From positions 2,208,001-2,272,000 of the forward strand of contig OY970343.1 of assembly GCA_963717525.1 (NCBI GenBank): 64,000 nucleotides of DNA, read 5' to 3'. Origin of the DNA: an uncultured Methanoregulaceae archaeon. GTDB taxonomy: Archaea; Halobacteriota; Methanomicrobia; Methanomicrobiales; Methanospirillaceae. The position numbers and the translations under genes were made by a program. Position 1 is the first letter of the stretch. Every line of letters begins with the position of its first letter. Shown here piece after piece: positions 1 to 11,147 of the stretch. The notes beneath the pieces are model-generated. The model searched no databases. It saw nothing but the letters and a program-made list of their open reading frames with translations, and had not been told where the DNA came from.

Positions 1-164
1 AGGTGCTGGGCAGCGGCGTGCTGGAGCAGTCCGTAAAGATTGCAGCGCTGAATTTTTCGGAATCAGCAACGAGCAAGATCAGGGACGCAAAAGGGCAGTG
101 CATGACGATCGAGCAGCTGTTAAAGGACAACCCCAAGGGAAGCGGTGTCCGGATCCTGAGGTGA
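1..164 (+). CDS. rpl18e: 50S ribosomal protein L18e, 3' part (truncated by window edge)
   Basis: Manual translation [53 protein letters not shown]; lies directly upstream of L13. Confidence 0.9.
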   Translation, partial: VLGSGVLEQSVKIAALNFSESATSKIRDAKGQCMTIEQLLKDNPKGSGVRILR

Positions 165-171
165 GAGAAAC

Positions 172-600
172 ATGGTTACCGTAATTAACGGGGACGGGCT
201 CATCCTTGGAAGGCTTGCAAGCATCACCGCCCAGCGTGCCCTTGCCGGTGAAGAGATCGCGATTGTGAATGTCGAGCAGATCATCATCTCCGGCAGCCGC
301 GCACGCGTTCTTGACAACTACTACCACAAGCGCGCACGTGGTGCCTCCGGTGACCGGTGGGGACCCTTTGTCCCGCGCCGGCCGGACCATCTCATGAAGC
401 GGACCATACGTGGCATGCTCCCCTACAAACGCCCCCGTGGCGCTGAGGCGATGAAGCGCATCAAGTGCTACGTCGGTGTCCCGGTGGAGTTTGCAGGCGC
501 AACGATGGAAGTCCCTGAAGAAGTTCACATGGACCGGCTCCACAACCCGCAGTTTGTCACGCTCGGAACGGTCTGCACGGCCCTCGGAGCCAAGTTCTAA
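172..600 (+). CDS. rpl13: 50S ribosomal protein L13
   Basis: ILGRLAS and [10 protein letters not shown] motifs. Confidence 0.97.
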   Translation: MVTVINGDGLILGRLASITAQRALAGEEIAIVNVEQIIISGSRARVLDNYYHKRARGASGDRWGPFVPRRPDHLMKRTIRGMLPYKRPRGAEAMKRIKCYVGVPVEFAGATMEVPEEVHMDRLHNPQFVTLGTVCTALGAKF

Positions 601-610
601 GGTGGTCACC

Positions 611-1012
611 ATGGCAAAGATCATAAACACAAGCGGAAAACGCAAAACAGCAATCGCCCGGGCGACTATAAAGGCCGGCAAAGGCATGATCAGGGTTAAC
701 TCTGTGCCCCTCGAAAAGTACGGCACCGAGACCACCCGGATGAAGATCGCCGAGCCGCTCCTCCTCGTCCCCAACGCGGCGAACGAAATTGACGTGACCA
801 TCGACGTCTCCGGCGGCGGGGTCATGGGGCAGGCCGAGGCAGTGCGTACAGCACTCGCCCGGGGTATCCTTGAGTGGACAAATGACCCCGCTATCAAGGA
901 CGTCTACCTTGCCTACGACAGAACGCTTCTCGTCAACGACTCGCGGCAGAAAGAGACCAAGAAACCGCACGGCCGTGGCGCACGCAAGAAATTCCAAAAG
1001 TCTTATCGTTAA
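611..1012 (+). CDS. rps9: 30S ribosomal protein S9
   Basis: [21 protein letters not shown] and C-terminal QKSYR; ATG at 611 after GGTGG. Confidence 0.97.
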   Translation: MAKIINTSGKRKTAIARATIKAGKGMIRVNSVPLEKYGTETTRMKIAEPLLLVPNAANEIDVTIDVSGGGVMGQAEAVRTALARGILEWTNDPAIKDVYLAYDRTLLVNDSRQKETKKPHGRGARKKFQKSYR

Positions 1013-1041
1013 ACCAAAAGATATATGAGAGGTCGAAAATC

Positions 1042-1230
1042 TTGATACCCGTACGATGTTTCACCTGTGGGAAGACCATTTCCACCGCGTGGGAAGAATT
1101 TAAGGCACGGCGGGAGAAAGGCGAGGATCCCAAAAAGATCCTCGACGATCTCGGTATCACCCGATACTGCTGCCGGCGCATGCTTCTGACCCATAAAGAG
1201 ATCATTGATGAGCTCAACCCGTACCAGTAA
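1042..1230 (+). CDS. rpoN: RNA polymerase subunit N (Rpo10)
   Basis: [10 protein letters not shown]...[12 protein letters not shown] start. Confidence 0.97.
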   Translation: MIPVRCFTCGKTISTAWEEFKARREKGEDPKKILDDLGITRYCCRRMLLTHKEIIDELNPYQ

Positions 1231-1239
1231 TATGACCGA

Positions 1240-1314
1240 GGGGTCGTGGGGTAGCCTGGACTATCCTATTGCGTTCGGGACGCAGTGACCTGAGTTCGAA
1301 TCTCAGCGACCCCA
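1240..1314 (+). tRNA. tRNA-Pro (CGG)
   Basis: Acceptor stem GGGGTCG/CGACCCC, anticodon arm TTGCG-TTCGGGA-CGCAG, T loop TTCGAAT. Confidence 0.95.
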
Positions 1315-1354
1315 TTTTCCAGTTGTAAACATGGAACAATTTTGAGGACAAGGA

Positions 1355-1528
1355 ATGCTGGCGCAGACATATACCCGGTATGAACGGGCGAGGATTATTG
1401 GAGCAAGGGCTCTGCAGATATCAATGGGTGCACCCTTACTTATCACTACTTCCCGGATCGATCCCCTGGAGATCGCCATCGAGGAGTTCAACGCGGACAT
1501 TATCCCCATTACCGTAAAGCGAAGATGA
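1355..1528 (+). CDS. rpoK: RNA polymerase subunit K (Rpo6)
   Basis: Not in the ORF track; manual translation [27 protein letters not shown]...IPITVKRR*. Confidence 0.95.
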   Translation: MLAQTYTRYERARIIGARALQISMGAPLLITTSRIDPLEIAIEEFNADIIPITVKRR

Positions 1529-1541
1529 GAGGCAAGGCGTT

Positions 1542-2729
1542 ATGACGATCATTGAGGCAATCGAGCTGCGGATGATCCTTGACAGCCGGGGCAACCCGAC
1601 GGTCGAGGCAGAGATCTCTACCGCAGGCGGGTTTGGCCGTGCGGCCGCCCCGAGCGGTGCAAGCACCGGTGCGGCGGAAGCAAAAGTCCTGCCCCCGAGG
1701 GAGGCAATTGACCATGCCATCCAGGACCTGATCCCGGCACTCATCGGTATGGATGCGTCGGACCAGGAGAGTTTTGACGACCAGCTTCGCGATATCGACG
1801 GGACCCTGAATTTTTCCGGGATCGGATCAAATGTGGCTGTCGCCCTCTCCCTTGCAAATGCAAAGGCCGCTGCTTCGGCACTGGGGCTCCCGCTCTTCCG
1901 GTATCTCGGCGGGGCGTTTGTCCGCGAGATGCCGCTCCCGCTGGGGAACGTTATCGGCGGCGGTGCGCACGCGGCAAACGCAACCGAGATCCAAGAGTTC
2001 CTGGTGATACCGGGCGGTGCGGCGGACGCAGAAGAGGCGGTCTTTGCCAATGCCGCCGTCCACAGGACGGTCAAGGATCTTCTCAGGAACAAGGGAATTG
2101 CCGCCGGCAAGGGTGATGAGGGTGCATGGGCACCGCAGATTGACGATGCCCTCGCATTTGAGCTCATTGCCGAGGCAACCGGACGCGTGGAAGACGAGAT
2201 GAATGTCCCGGTTGACGTGGGTATCGATGTCGCAGCAAGCCAGATGTGGACCGGCTCCGGGTACAAGTACCGCGACCGCGTACGCTCGACCGAGGACCAG
2301 ATCGCGTATATCGCCGAGCTTGTCGACAAATACAACCTCGTCTATGTCGAGGATCCTCTCCATGAGGATAACTTTGACGCGTTTGCCGAGCTGAACCGCC
2401 AGGTTGGCGACCGGTGCCTGATCTGCGGCGACGATCTCTTTGTTACCCAGGTCGACCGCATCGAGAAGGGCATCGAGACCGGCTCCGCGAACTGCGTCCT
2501 CATCAAGCCAAACCAGGTCGGAACACTCTCCGACACCTTCGAGGCCGTCCGCCTCTCCCACACCCATGGTCTGGATACGGTGATGAGTCACCGGTCAGGC
2601 GAGACCACGGATACCACCATTGCACACCTCGCCACCGCGTTCTCCTGCATCTTCTTAAAATGCGGAGTGGTGGGCGGCGAACGCATTGCCAAACTAAACG
2701 AACTCATTCGCATAGAGGAACAACTATGA
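1542..2729 (+). CDS. eno: Enolase
   Basis: [25 protein letters not shown] and SHRSGET motifs. Confidence 0.96.
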   Translation: MTIIEAIELRMILDSRGNPTVEAEISTAGGFGRAAAPSGASTGAAEAKVLPPREAIDHAIQDLIPALIGMDASDQESFDDQLRDIDGTLNFSGIGSNVAVALSLANAKAAASALGLPLFRYLGGAFVREMPLPLGNVIGGGAHAANATEIQEFLVIPGGAADAEEAVFANAAVHRTVKDLLRNKGIAAGKGDEGAWAPQIDDALAFELIAEATGRVEDEMNVPVDVGIDVAASQMWTGSGYKYRDRVRSTEDQIAYIAELVDKYNLVYVEDPLHEDNFDAFAELNRQVGDRCLICGDDLFVTQVDRIEKGIETGSANCVLIKPNQVGTLSDTFEAVRLSHTHGLDTVMSHRSGETTDTTIAHLATAFSCIFLKCGVVGGERIAKLNELIRIEEQL

Positions 2730-3337
2730 CCCCAGTAAACGAGATGGAAATAGAATTAAAGGAACCGCTCATCCCCGTCGAGGAGTACCTGGCAGCCGGT
2801 GTCCACATCGGCACCCAGCAGAAAAGCGAGGACATGAAGAAGTTCATCTACCGCGTCCGCGGCGATGGTCTGTATATCCTCGATATCCGCGAGACTGACT
2901 CCCGGATAAAGACCGTTGCGAAATTCTTGAACCAGTACGAGGCACCCGATATCCTCGTCGTCACCTCGCGGCAGTACGGCCAGTACCCAGCAAAGAAGTT
3001 TGCCGATACCATCGGTGCGATGTCCGCCACCGGCCGGTTTATCCCGGGCCTCTTAACCAACCCGGTCCTTGACGGTTACATCGAACCCAAGGTTATCGTT
3101 GTCACCGACCCGATTGGCGACGCACAGGTCATCAACGAGGCTGTCCAGTGCGGCATCCCGGTGGTAGCGCTCTGCGATACCAACAACATGACCAAGTTCG
3201 TCGATCTCGTGATCCCCACGAACAACAAGGGCCGCAAAGCGCTCTCAATGATCTACTTCCTCCTCACCCGGGAGATGCTGCGCCTGCGGGGGATCGCGAC
3301 CGGTCTTACGCAGGAAGATTTCGAAACCGAGATCTAA
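2726..3337 (+). CDS. rps2: 30S ribosomal protein S2
   Basis: [16 protein letters not shown] and IPTNNKG; ATG at 2726 overlaps the eno stop. Confidence 0.96.
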   Translation: MTPVNEMEIELKEPLIPVEEYLAAGVHIGTQQKSEDMKKFIYRVRGDGLYILDIRETDSRIKTVAKFLNQYEAPDILVVTSRQYGQYPAKKFADTIGAMSATGRFIPGLLTNPVLDGYIEPKVIVVTDPIGDAQVINEAVQCGIPVVALCDTNNMTKFVDLVIPTNNKGRKALSMIYFLLTREMLRLRGIATGLTQEDFETEI

Positions 3338-3406
3338 AAGCGGTTCCTTTCGATCCTTTTTTGGATCGATCGTTACATATAACAGAACGACCAGAGGGTT
3401 GATTCG

Positions 3407-4195
3407 ATGAAGACGCGTTCATGCGCAGTTGCGGGCATGTTCTACCCGAAGGACCCCTCCCATCTCGGGCAGCTCCTGGAAGGGTTTTTCACGCGGACCG
3501 TCCCGGGCGAAAATGCCCTGGGGATTGTCAGCCCGCACGCGGGATATATTTACTCAGGGCAGATTGCAGCCCACGCGTTTTCCCGTATCCCGCCCGGTTT
3601 TTCCGGCACGTTCGTGGTGATCGGCCCGTCGCATCACGGGTATCTTACGAGCGTTTCTGCGGTACCGTGGGAGACCCCCCTCGGGATTGTCGATACCGAC
3701 ACGGAATTTGTCGGGGCGCTGGATATCGGGATCGACGAACCCTCTCAGGAGCAAGAGCATTCGATCGAGGTGCAGATGCCGTTTATCAAGTACCGTTTCC
3801 CGCGGTCACGGGTTGTCCCCGTGATGATGGGGGAGCAGGATCCAGCCCATGCAGCGGCTGTCGCAGACAAGATCGTTGCTGCACAGCGGCTGACAAAACG
3901 GGAGATCCGGGTCGTTGCGTCCAGCGATTTCTCGCACTATGTGCCCGAGGCGCAGGCAAAGGATGGCGATCTCTACGCGATCGAAGCGCTTTCCACACTC
4001 GACGTGAAGGAATTCTACCGGAGAATCCGGGAAAAACGCGTTACGGCCTGCGGGTACGGCCCGATCAGCGTGATGGTGGCCGTGTGCCTGTGCCTGGGAG
4101 CCCGGAAAGGCCAGCTGATCCGGTACGGGACAAGCGGGGATGTGACCGGTGACCGGGACCAGGTCGTGGGGTACGCAGCCATTGCGGTGATATAG
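3407..4195 (+). CDS. MEMO1-family protein (AmmeMemoRadiSam protein B-like)
   Basis: AVAGMFYP, SPHAGYIYSG, EHSIEVQ, SSDFSHY and CGYGP motifs. Confidence 0.92.
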   Translation: MKTRSCAVAGMFYPKDPSHLGQLLEGFFTRTVPGENALGIVSPHAGYIYSGQIAAHAFSRIPPGFSGTFVVIGPSHHGYLTSVSAVPWETPLGIVDTDTEFVGALDIGIDEPSQEQEHSIEVQMPFIKYRFPRSRVVPVMMGEQDPAHAAAVADKIVAAQRLTKREIRVVASSDFSHYVPEAQAKDGDLYAIEALSTLDVKEFYRRIREKRVTACGYGPISVMVAVCLCLGARKGQLIRYGTSGDVTGDRDQVVGYAAIAVI

Positions 4196-4196
4196 G

Positions 4197-5066
4197 TTGG
4201 CAACGTGGAGTGCGCCGGGCAAGGTATTTCTGTTCGGCGAGCATGCAGTGGTATACGGAAAGCCCGGCATCGCCATGGCGATCAAGCCCCGGGTCTTTGT
4301 GACCGTGAGAAAGTCACGGCGCCCCCAAAGGGCAAAGTCCCCCTATATCGACGGGTGTTTTAACGCGATGGGCGTGGCCGGGAGCGTGTATATCAACTCC
4401 CAGATCCCCAGTTCGTCGGGCCTGGGGTCGTCTGCTGCGGTCACGGTTGCGACACTGTCGGCGATAAATGACGAGTTTGCCGTCGGCAAAAACAGGGAAG
4501 ATATTGCAAACATGGCATTCGATATCGAAAAGACCGTGCAGAAAGGGCGGGCGAGCCCCACGGATACTACGGTCTCCACGTATGGCGGGATCGTTCTCAT
4601 CAGCAGGGGATCGCGCAGGCGGCTTGCGCCCCAGAATATGTACCTGGTTATCGGAGATTCGCTGGTCTCGCACAGCACGTCAAAGATGGTGGAGCAGGTC
4701 GCTGACTTAAAAAAACAGAACCCGGAGATTGTCGACCCGATCCTTGACGCAATCGAAGGGGTGAGCCTCGCGGCAATCCACCACTTGAGCAACCCGAAGG
4801 AACTGGGCAGGTACATGAACATGAACCACGCGCTGCTTGATGCGCTCGGCGTCGGGCACCCGCAGCTCTCCCGGCTGGTGCTCGCTTCCCGCTCGGCCGG
4901 GGCGTTCGGTGCGAAGATCACCGGGGCCGGCGGCGGGGGCTGCATGGTGGCCCTCTGCGCAAAGCAGGTCAGGCACCGGGTCGCGCAGGCGATCCAGTCC
5001 TGCGACGCACGGGCGATTGTGACCGGTATCGACACCGAGGGAGTACGGAAGGAGAAGAATGTCTGA
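4197..5066 (+). CDS. mvk: Mevalonate kinase
   Basis: APGKVFLFGEHAVVYG, PSSSGLGSSAA and KITGAGGGG (GHMP kinase). Confidence 0.95.
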   Translation: MATWSAPGKVFLFGEHAVVYGKPGIAMAIKPRVFVTVRKSRRPQRAKSPYIDGCFNAMGVAGSVYINSQIPSSSGLGSSAAVTVATLSAINDEFAVGKNREDIANMAFDIEKTVQKGRASPTDTTVSTYGGIVLISRGSRRRLAPQNMYLVIGDSLVSHSTSKMVEQVADLKKQNPEIVDPILDAIEGVSLAAIHHLSNPKELGRYMNMNHALLDALGVGHPQLSRLVLASRSAGAFGAKITGAGGGGCMVALCAKQVRHRVAQAIQSCDARAIVTGIDTEGVRKEKNV

Positions 5067-5814
5067 CCGCATCATTCTCAAGCTGGGCGGCAGCGTGATC
5101 ACGGACAAAGGCGCAGACTGCCGCGTCAACCATGCGGCATTGTCCGGCATTGCAGCCGATATTGCCGTGGTACCCGCGACCGGGATCGTCGTCGTCCATG
5201 GTGCCGGATCCTGCGGGCATCCCGAGGCACGGAAATACCGGCTTGACCAGGGCGTGGCGGCCGGGCAGACGGAAGGGATCGCGGTCACCCACCGCGCGGT
5301 CAGCGCCCTCAACGCGGAGGTCGTTGCTGCGCTCCGAAGTGCCGGTGTGCAGGCACTCGGCGTCCACCCGCTCCATGCAGGTGTCGCAGACAAAGGCCGG
5401 CTGGTCGCGTTTGAGAGCAGGCACCTCGAAAAAATGCTCGCACTGGGGATGGTTCCTGTGATCCACGGAGACGTGGTGATGGACCTTTCACGCGGAGCAT
5501 GCATTGTCTCGGGCGACCAGCTCGTGCGGTATCTTGCGGTTGCGCTGAAGTGCAACCGCGTAGGACTCGCCACCGATGTACCGGGAGTGCTGGATGGAGG
5601 GCGCGTGGTTCCGGAGATTACTCCGCAGACCATGTACACCCTCCAGATCGGCAACTCGTCATATACCGACGTAACCGGTGGAATGAAAGGGAAAATTGAC
5701 GAACTGCTCGGGCTTGCTGCGGCAGGCACCGGATCAGACATATTCGAGGTCTCGCGTCTTGGCGACTTCCTTGCCGGGAAGGACCATGGCGGGACAAAAG
5801 TGAGAGGAGGGTAA
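5059..5814 (+). CDS. ipk: Isopentenyl phosphate kinase
   Basis: LKLGGSVITDK, VHGAGSCGH, SGD and DVTGGM; lies between mvk and fni. Confidence 0.9.
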   Translation: MSDRIILKLGGSVITDKGADCRVNHAALSGIAADIAVVPATGIVVVHGAGSCGHPEARKYRLDQGVAAGQTEGIAVTHRAVSALNAEVVAALRSAGVQALGVHPLHAGVADKGRLVAFESRHLEKMLALGMVPVIHGDVVMDLSRGACIVSGDQLVRYLAVALKCNRVGLATDVPGVLDGGRVVPEITPQTMYTLQIGNSSYTDVTGGMKGKIDELLGLAAAGTGSDIFEVSRLGDFLAGKDHGGTKVRGG

Positions 5815-5819
5815 GGGAA

Positions 5820-6917
5820 ATGGCCGATAAGAAACGGTTCACGTCGTCGCGCAAGCTCGACCACCTGCGTATCTGCGCAGAAAAAGAGGTCGAGTCCGGC
5901 GATACAGGCTTTGGTGATGTCAGGCTGGTCCACAATGCGCTGCCGGAATGCGACATGCGCTCGATCGACCTGTCCACCCGGTTTTTCGGCCACACGCTCT
6001 CGTCCCCCCTCTTCATATCGGCAATGACCGGTGGCCATCCCGGGACAAAGGAGACAAATGCCCGCCTTGCCCGGATCGCCGAACGTTTCGGCCTCGGCAT
6101 GGGCGTGGGCTCCCAGAGGGCAGCCCTTGAAAACCCGGCGCTCGCCGACACGTTTTCGGTCGTCCGTGACGAGGCACCCCATGCATTCCTGGTCGCGAAC
6201 CTCGGCGCTGTGCAGCTCCGCGACCACGGGACTGCCTGGGCAGAGGAAGCCATCGGGATGATCGGCGCCAACGCGATTGCCATCCACCTCAATTTCCTTC
6301 AGGAAGCCATCCAGCCCGAGGGGGACCATAACGCTACCGGCTGCCTTGCCGCGATCGCCGCGCTCTGTGCGGAGATAAAGACCCCGGTGATCGTCAAGGA
6401 GACCGGATGCGGGATTTCACGGGAGGTTGCCCGCCAGTGCTGGAGTGCAGGGGCGGCAGCGATCGATATCGGCGGCTGGGGCGGGACGTCCTGGGCCGCG
6501 GTCGAGAGCATCCGCGCCGATGAGAGCAGGAATGCACAGGACAGGTGCCTCAAGACCCTTGGCGAGGATTTTGCCGGCTGGGGCATACCCACGGTTGTGA
6601 GCCTTGCCGAGGTAGCAGGCACCGGAAGCCCGGTGATCGCATCCGGGGGTATCAGGAACGGTATTGATACGGCAAAATGCCTTGCCCTCGGGGCCGATCT
6701 ATGTGGCATGGCGCTCCCCCTCCTGAAGCCGGCGCTGGAAAGCGACGATGCCCTGGTGAGCACGGTCGAGACGATCCATCGTGAACTGGTGGCCTCGATG
6801 TTCCTGTGTGGCGCAGCGCGGGTGCGCGATATGCGCAGGGCACGGCTCTCTATTACGGGGAAGACCCGGCAGATGATGGATGATGGGAATCCTCTCGTGA
6901 AGCAGGACAACCCCTGA
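5820..6917 (+). CDS. fni: Type 2 isopentenyl-diphosphate delta-isomerase
   Basis: RKLDHL, AMTGG, GVGSQR, QPEGD, KETGCG and GGTSW motifs. Confidence 0.95.
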   Translation: MADKKRFTSSRKLDHLRICAEKEVESGDTGFGDVRLVHNALPECDMRSIDLSTRFFGHTLSSPLFISAMTGGHPGTKETNARLARIAERFGLGMGVGSQRAALENPALADTFSVVRDEAPHAFLVANLGAVQLRDHGTAWAEEAIGMIGANAIAIHLNFLQEAIQPEGDHNATGCLAAIAALCAEIKTPVIVKETGCGISREVARQCWSAGAAAIDIGGWGGTSWAAVESIRADESRNAQDRCLKTLGEDFAGWGIPTVVSLAEVAGTGSPVIASGGIRNGIDTAKCLALGADLCGMALPLLKPALESDDALVSTVETIHRELVASMFLCGAARVRDMRRARLSITGKTRQMMDDGNPLVKQDNP

Positions 6918-7000
6918 CAGACCGGAAAAATGCAAAAAACGCTAAAGAGCAGGTTTTTGAAAAAAACTACCTGCGCGACAACAAAAACAGGAGAAAAAAC

Positions 7001-8338
7001 ATGGATATAGAAATTATTGCAGTGGGCGGTTACGACGAGGTCGGGCGGAATATGACCGCTGTCCGCTGCGGAAAAGAGATTGTCATTTTTGACATGGGGC
7101 TCCGCCTTGATCAGGTTATGATCCACGAGGATGCGGAGCTTGAGAATATGCACTCCCTGGATCTGATCAAGATCGGGGCGATACCTGACGACACCATGAT
7201 GAACTCGGTCGAGGGGACCGTAAAAGCGATTGTCTGCTCCCACGGGCATCTCGACCACATCGGGGCGATCCCGAAGCTTGCGCACCGGTACAACGCGCCG
7301 ATCATCGCCGCGCCCTACGCGACGGAACTGATACGGCAGCAGATCTCGGGCGAGCAGAAGTTCGGGGTCAACAACAAGCTCTTCGCGCTCAAGCCCGGGC
7401 AGCGGTACACGATCTCGCAGCATCTTGTGCTTGAATTCGTACGGGCCCAGCACTCGATCATCGATACTGTGACACCGGTGCTCCACACCCCGCACGGTGC
7501 GATCGTCTATGCCTGCGATTTCAAGCTCGACCGGACGCCGGTGATCGGGGAACCCCCGGATTTTGCCCGGCTCCGCCAGATTGGAAAGGAAGGCGTGCTC
7601 GCGCTTATTGTGGAGAGTACCTATATTGACCGGCCCGGCCGGTGCCCGAGCGAGCGGATCGCCCGGGATCTCGTACGGGATACCATCACCAGTTACGAGG
7701 ATGATAAGAGCTCCCTTATCGTATCGACGTTCTCGTCCCATATCGCCCGGGTCAAGACCATCGCGGAATGTGCGCACGAGATCGGGAGAAAGCCGGTCCT
7801 CCTGGGCCGCTCGATGGAGAAGTACTCGGTCACCGCGGAGCAGATGAAGATGGTCTCGTTCCCGCCGGACACCAGTGTCTTCGGGAACCGGCGGACAGTC
7901 GACCGGACCCTGCGCCGGATGATGAAGGCGGGAAAAGAGAAATTCCTCCCTATCATCACCGGCCACCAGGGAGAACCGGGGTCAATCCTGACACGGATTG
8001 CCTTGGGCGACACCCCGTACCAGATAGCAAAGGGCGACAAAGTGCTCTTCTCTGCAAACGTGATCCCCAACCCATTGAATTTCGGGCAGCGTTACATGAT
8101 CGAGGCGCACCTGAAAATGGCAGGAGCCCGGCTCTTCCAGGATCTCCATGTGAGCGGGCATGCATACCGCGAGGATCACTACGAGTTTGTCAATCTCTTA
8201 AACCCGCAGCACATCATCCCGGCCCACGGGAACATAAGGATGACCGCTTCCTATGCGGAGTTCAGCGGTGATCTCGGGTACGTGATGGGCAATGATGTGC
8301 ATGTCATGCGCAACGGCCAGCGGCTCAAACTGAACTAG
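7001..8338 (+). CDS. rnj: RNase J-family beta-CASP ribonuclease
   Basis: GGYDEVGRN, SHGHLDHIG, HVSGHA and IPAHG motifs. Confidence 0.92.
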   Translation: MDIEIIAVGGYDEVGRNMTAVRCGKEIVIFDMGLRLDQVMIHEDAELENMHSLDLIKIGAIPDDTMMNSVEGTVKAIVCSHGHLDHIGAIPKLAHRYNAPIIAAPYATELIRQQISGEQKFGVNNKLFALKPGQRYTISQHLVLEFVRAQHSIIDTVTPVLHTPHGAIVYACDFKLDRTPVIGEPPDFARLRQIGKEGVLALIVESTYIDRPGRCPSERIARDLVRDTITSYEDDKSSLIVSTFSSHIARVKTIAECAHEIGRKPVLLGRSMEKYSVTAEQMKMVSFPPDTSVFGNRRTVDRTLRRMMKAGKEKFLPIITGHQGEPGSILTRIALGDTPYQIAKGDKVLFSANVIPNPLNFGQRYMIEAHLKMAGARLFQDLHVSGHAYREDHYEFVNLLNPQHIIPAHGNIRMTASYAEFSGDLGYVMGNDVHVMRNGQRLKLN

Positions 8339-8352
8339 AAGGGGAATGTGAA

Positions 8353-9319
8353 ATGTCGGGACTCTCACCCTACCTGAAATCGGTTGCACAGCGGATCGAC
8401 GGCATGATCGACGAGAATTTCGCCCATGCTACCGGCGAACTCAACAAGGCCTCCGCCCACCTGCTCAGCGCTGGCGGGAAACGGCTCCGCCCTGCAGTGG
8501 TCCTGCTCTCGGCAGACGCGGTCAGGAATGGCAGTTCCACGGATATCATGCCGGCGGCACTGGCGCTTGAGCTCACCCACACGTTCACTCTTATCCATGA
8601 CGATATCATGGACGGGGACTCGCTGCGCCGCGGGGTCCCGACCGTTCACACGAAATGGGATATGCCTACCGGTATCCTCGCCGGGGATGTCCTGTACGCC
8701 CGGGCGTTTGAGTCTATCTGCCAGGCAAAAGCCGGCGAAGATGCCAAGGTCCGCGCAGTTGACCTGCTTGCCCGTGCCTGCGCCGACATCTGCGAGGGCC
8801 AGCACATGGATATGTCCTTTGAGGACCGGACTGATGTGACCGAAGAGGAATACATGGAGATGGTCGGGAAGAAGACCGGGGTGCTCTACGCGGCGGCAGC
8901 GGCGATCGGCGGCACCCTTGCGGGGGGCAACGAGGAGCATGTCCAGGCCCTGTACCAGTTCGGGCTCAATACCGGCATCGCATTCCAGATCCAGGACGAC
9001 CTCATCGATCTCCTGACCTCGGCTGAGGAGAGCGGGAAGGACCAGGGCTCTGACCTCCGGGAAGGGAAACAGACCCTGATTATGATCCTCGCGCGGAACA
9101 AGGGCGTCGATCTCCTGAAGTACCGGCGCGAGCTTTCCCCTGCGGATATTCGGGCGGCAATCAGGGAACTTACCGATGCGGGCGTTATCGATGCCGTAAA
9201 AGGCAGGGCGTTTGCGCTGGTCGCGGACAGCAACCGGTTGCTCGGCGTTCTCCCGGCCACAAAGGAGCGTCAGACTCCTCATGGATATCGGCGAATTTTT
9301 TGTGACCCGGAGCTTCTAG
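8353..9319 (+). CDS. idsA: Geranylgeranyl diphosphate synthase; probable +1 indel near 9274
   Basis: GGKRLRP, LIHDDIMD, GQHMD, KT and FQIQDD; the plausible C-terminus LLMDIGEFFVTRSF* is in another frame ending at TAG 9319, just before gltX. Confidence 0.9.
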
Positions 9320-9320
9320 G

Positions 9321-11012
9321 ATGGCCGGGGACGATATCAGGGCTGCCCTCTTCCTGTGCGCACTCCAGAATGCGGTGAAGCACGGGGGCATCCCCCAGAG
9401 CGGTGCGGTTATCGGAATGGTAATGGGTGCGCATCCCGAGCTGCGCAAGCAGGCAAAGGAGGTTTCCGGCCTTGCAAAGGATGCCATCGCGGATGTGGCG
9501 GCCCTCTCCCCGGACGAGCGGACCGCAAAACTCCAGGCTCTCTCCCCGGAGATGTTTGCCGCGCTCCACGAGAAGCACGAGCACAAAAAGGTGCTTCCCG
9601 ATCTTGAAAGTGCAGAGCATGGCGTCGTCATGCGGTTTGCGCCCAACCCCTCGGGGCCGCTTCATATCGGCCACGCCCGGGCGGCAGCGCTCAACGACGC
9701 CTACGTGAAGCAGTACGGCGGCCGGTATATCCTCCGGATCGAGGACACGGACCCGAAAAGGGTCGATCCCGACGCTTACGAGATGGTAAAGGAGGATATC
9801 AGGTGGCTGGGCCTTGGGATCACCGAGACCGTCACCCAGAGCGACCGGCTTCCCCTTTACTACGATCTCTGCCAACAGCTCATCGGGCGCGGCGGGGCAT
9901 ACGTCTGTACCTGCGAGAACGAGCACTTCAAAGCACTCAAGGATGCGAAGAAGGCCTGCCCCTGCCGCGACCAGCCAGAGGAAACCGCGCTCGCCCTCTG
10001 GGAGAAGATGCTTGAGGGGGACTTCAGGGAAGGGGAGGCCTCGGTCAGGGTCAAGACCGATCTTCTTCACCCGGACCCGGCGATGCGGGATTTCCCCATC
10101 TTCCGGATCCTCGATGCCCCGAAACATCCCCGGGTCGAGGCACACATCTACCCGCTCATGAACTTCTCGGTGGTCGCTGACGACCACCTGCTTGGCGTTA
10201 CGCACGTGATCCGGGGCAAGGACCATATCGCCAACACCCGGCGCCAGCGCTACATCTACGATCACTTCGGCTGGGAGGTGCCGGTCTACCGTCACTACGG
10301 GCGGATGGGCATCGAAGGCGTCGTGCTCTCCACCTCCCAGATGCGTCTCGGGATAACCGAGGGGAAATATACCGGCTGGGACGACATCCGGCTCGGTACA
10401 CTCAGGGCGCTTGCCCGCAGGGGGATCCTTCCCGATGCGGTCAAAAACGCGATGCTTGCAATCGGTATCGGCGAGACCGATATCTCGTTCTCGTGGGACA
10501 ACCTCTATGCCGAGAACAAGAAGCTGGTCGACCCGGTGGCAAACCGGTATTTCTTTGTGCCGGACCCGGTACCAGCCACGATTGAAGATGCCCCGCGCCG
10601 GACTGCCCATGCGATGCTCCACCCGGGCGATGCATCAAAAGGAGACCGGGGGCTCTCGTTTGAAGGGTCGGTCATACTGCCCGGAGCCGAGGTTGTACCG
10701 GGTGCGGCAATGGTGCGCCTCAAGGATCTCTTCAACGTGAAGATCGCGTGGGACGGTGATGCGCCTTCGTTCTCCTACGGCGGCGACTCTCTTGCCGAAG
10801 CCCGCGCAGCAAAAGCGCACATCATCCAGTGGCTGCCGGCGCAGCAGACCCTGTCCTGCACGCTTCTCACGATGGAGGGCGAGCTCAAAGGCGTATGCGA
10901 ACCTGCCGTAGCAGGAGAGCGGGGAAAGGTTGTGCAGTTCGAGCGGATCGGGTTTGTCCGGATTGACACGGTGACCCGGGACGGTGTCCTGGCATACTTT
11001 ACCCACACCTAA
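9321..11012 (+). CDS. gltX: Glutamate--tRNA ligase
   Basis: RFAPNPSGPLHIGH, LRIEDTDP, THVIRGKD and QFERIGF. Confidence 0.96.
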   Translation: MAGDDIRAALFLCALQNAVKHGGIPQSGAVIGMVMGAHPELRKQAKEVSGLAKDAIADVAALSPDERTAKLQALSPEMFAALHEKHEHKKVLPDLESAEHGVVMRFAPNPSGPLHIGHARAAALNDAYVKQYGGRYILRIEDTDPKRVDPDAYEMVKEDIRWLGLGITETVTQSDRLPLYYDLCQQLIGRGGAYVCTCENEHFKALKDAKKACPCRDQPEETALALWEKMLEGDFREGEASVRVKTDLLHPDPAMRDFPIFRILDAPKHPRVEAHIYPLMNFSVVADDHLLGVTHVIRGKDHIANTRRQRYIYDHFGWEVPVYRHYGRMGIEGVVLSTSQMRLGITEGKYTGWDDIRLGTLRALARRGILPDAVKNAMLAIGIGETDISFSWDNLYAENKKLVDPVANRYFFVPDPVPATIEDAPRRTAHAMLHPGDASKGDRGLSFEGSVILPGAEVVPGAAMVRLKDLFNVKIAWDGDAPSFSYGGDSLAEARAAKAHIIQWLPAQQTLSCTLLTMEGELKGVCEPAVAGERGKVVQFERIGFVRIDTVTRDGVLAYFTHT

Positions 11013-11147
11013 ATCATCCGGGTTCTGCGGGAGAATGGTTCAGGTTCTCTGCACATACCTGCTTTTTTCCGGTTTTTTGTCACCGGTGTGCTGCCAAGCG
11101 GCAAGCAATTCATAATATTTTAATAACAATATACCCGATAAGCTTGT

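Noticed and set aside
1240..1314. Shared CCTGAGTTCGAATCTCAGCG between 1289-1308 and ~52926-52945 as an att site
   Set aside because: It is the common T arm of two complete tRNA genes (Pro and Val) with core genes between them
4707..10622. Long antisense ORFs (540, 555, 305 and 447 aa)
   Set aside because: Shadow ORFs of GC-rich coding sequence with no recognisable motifs
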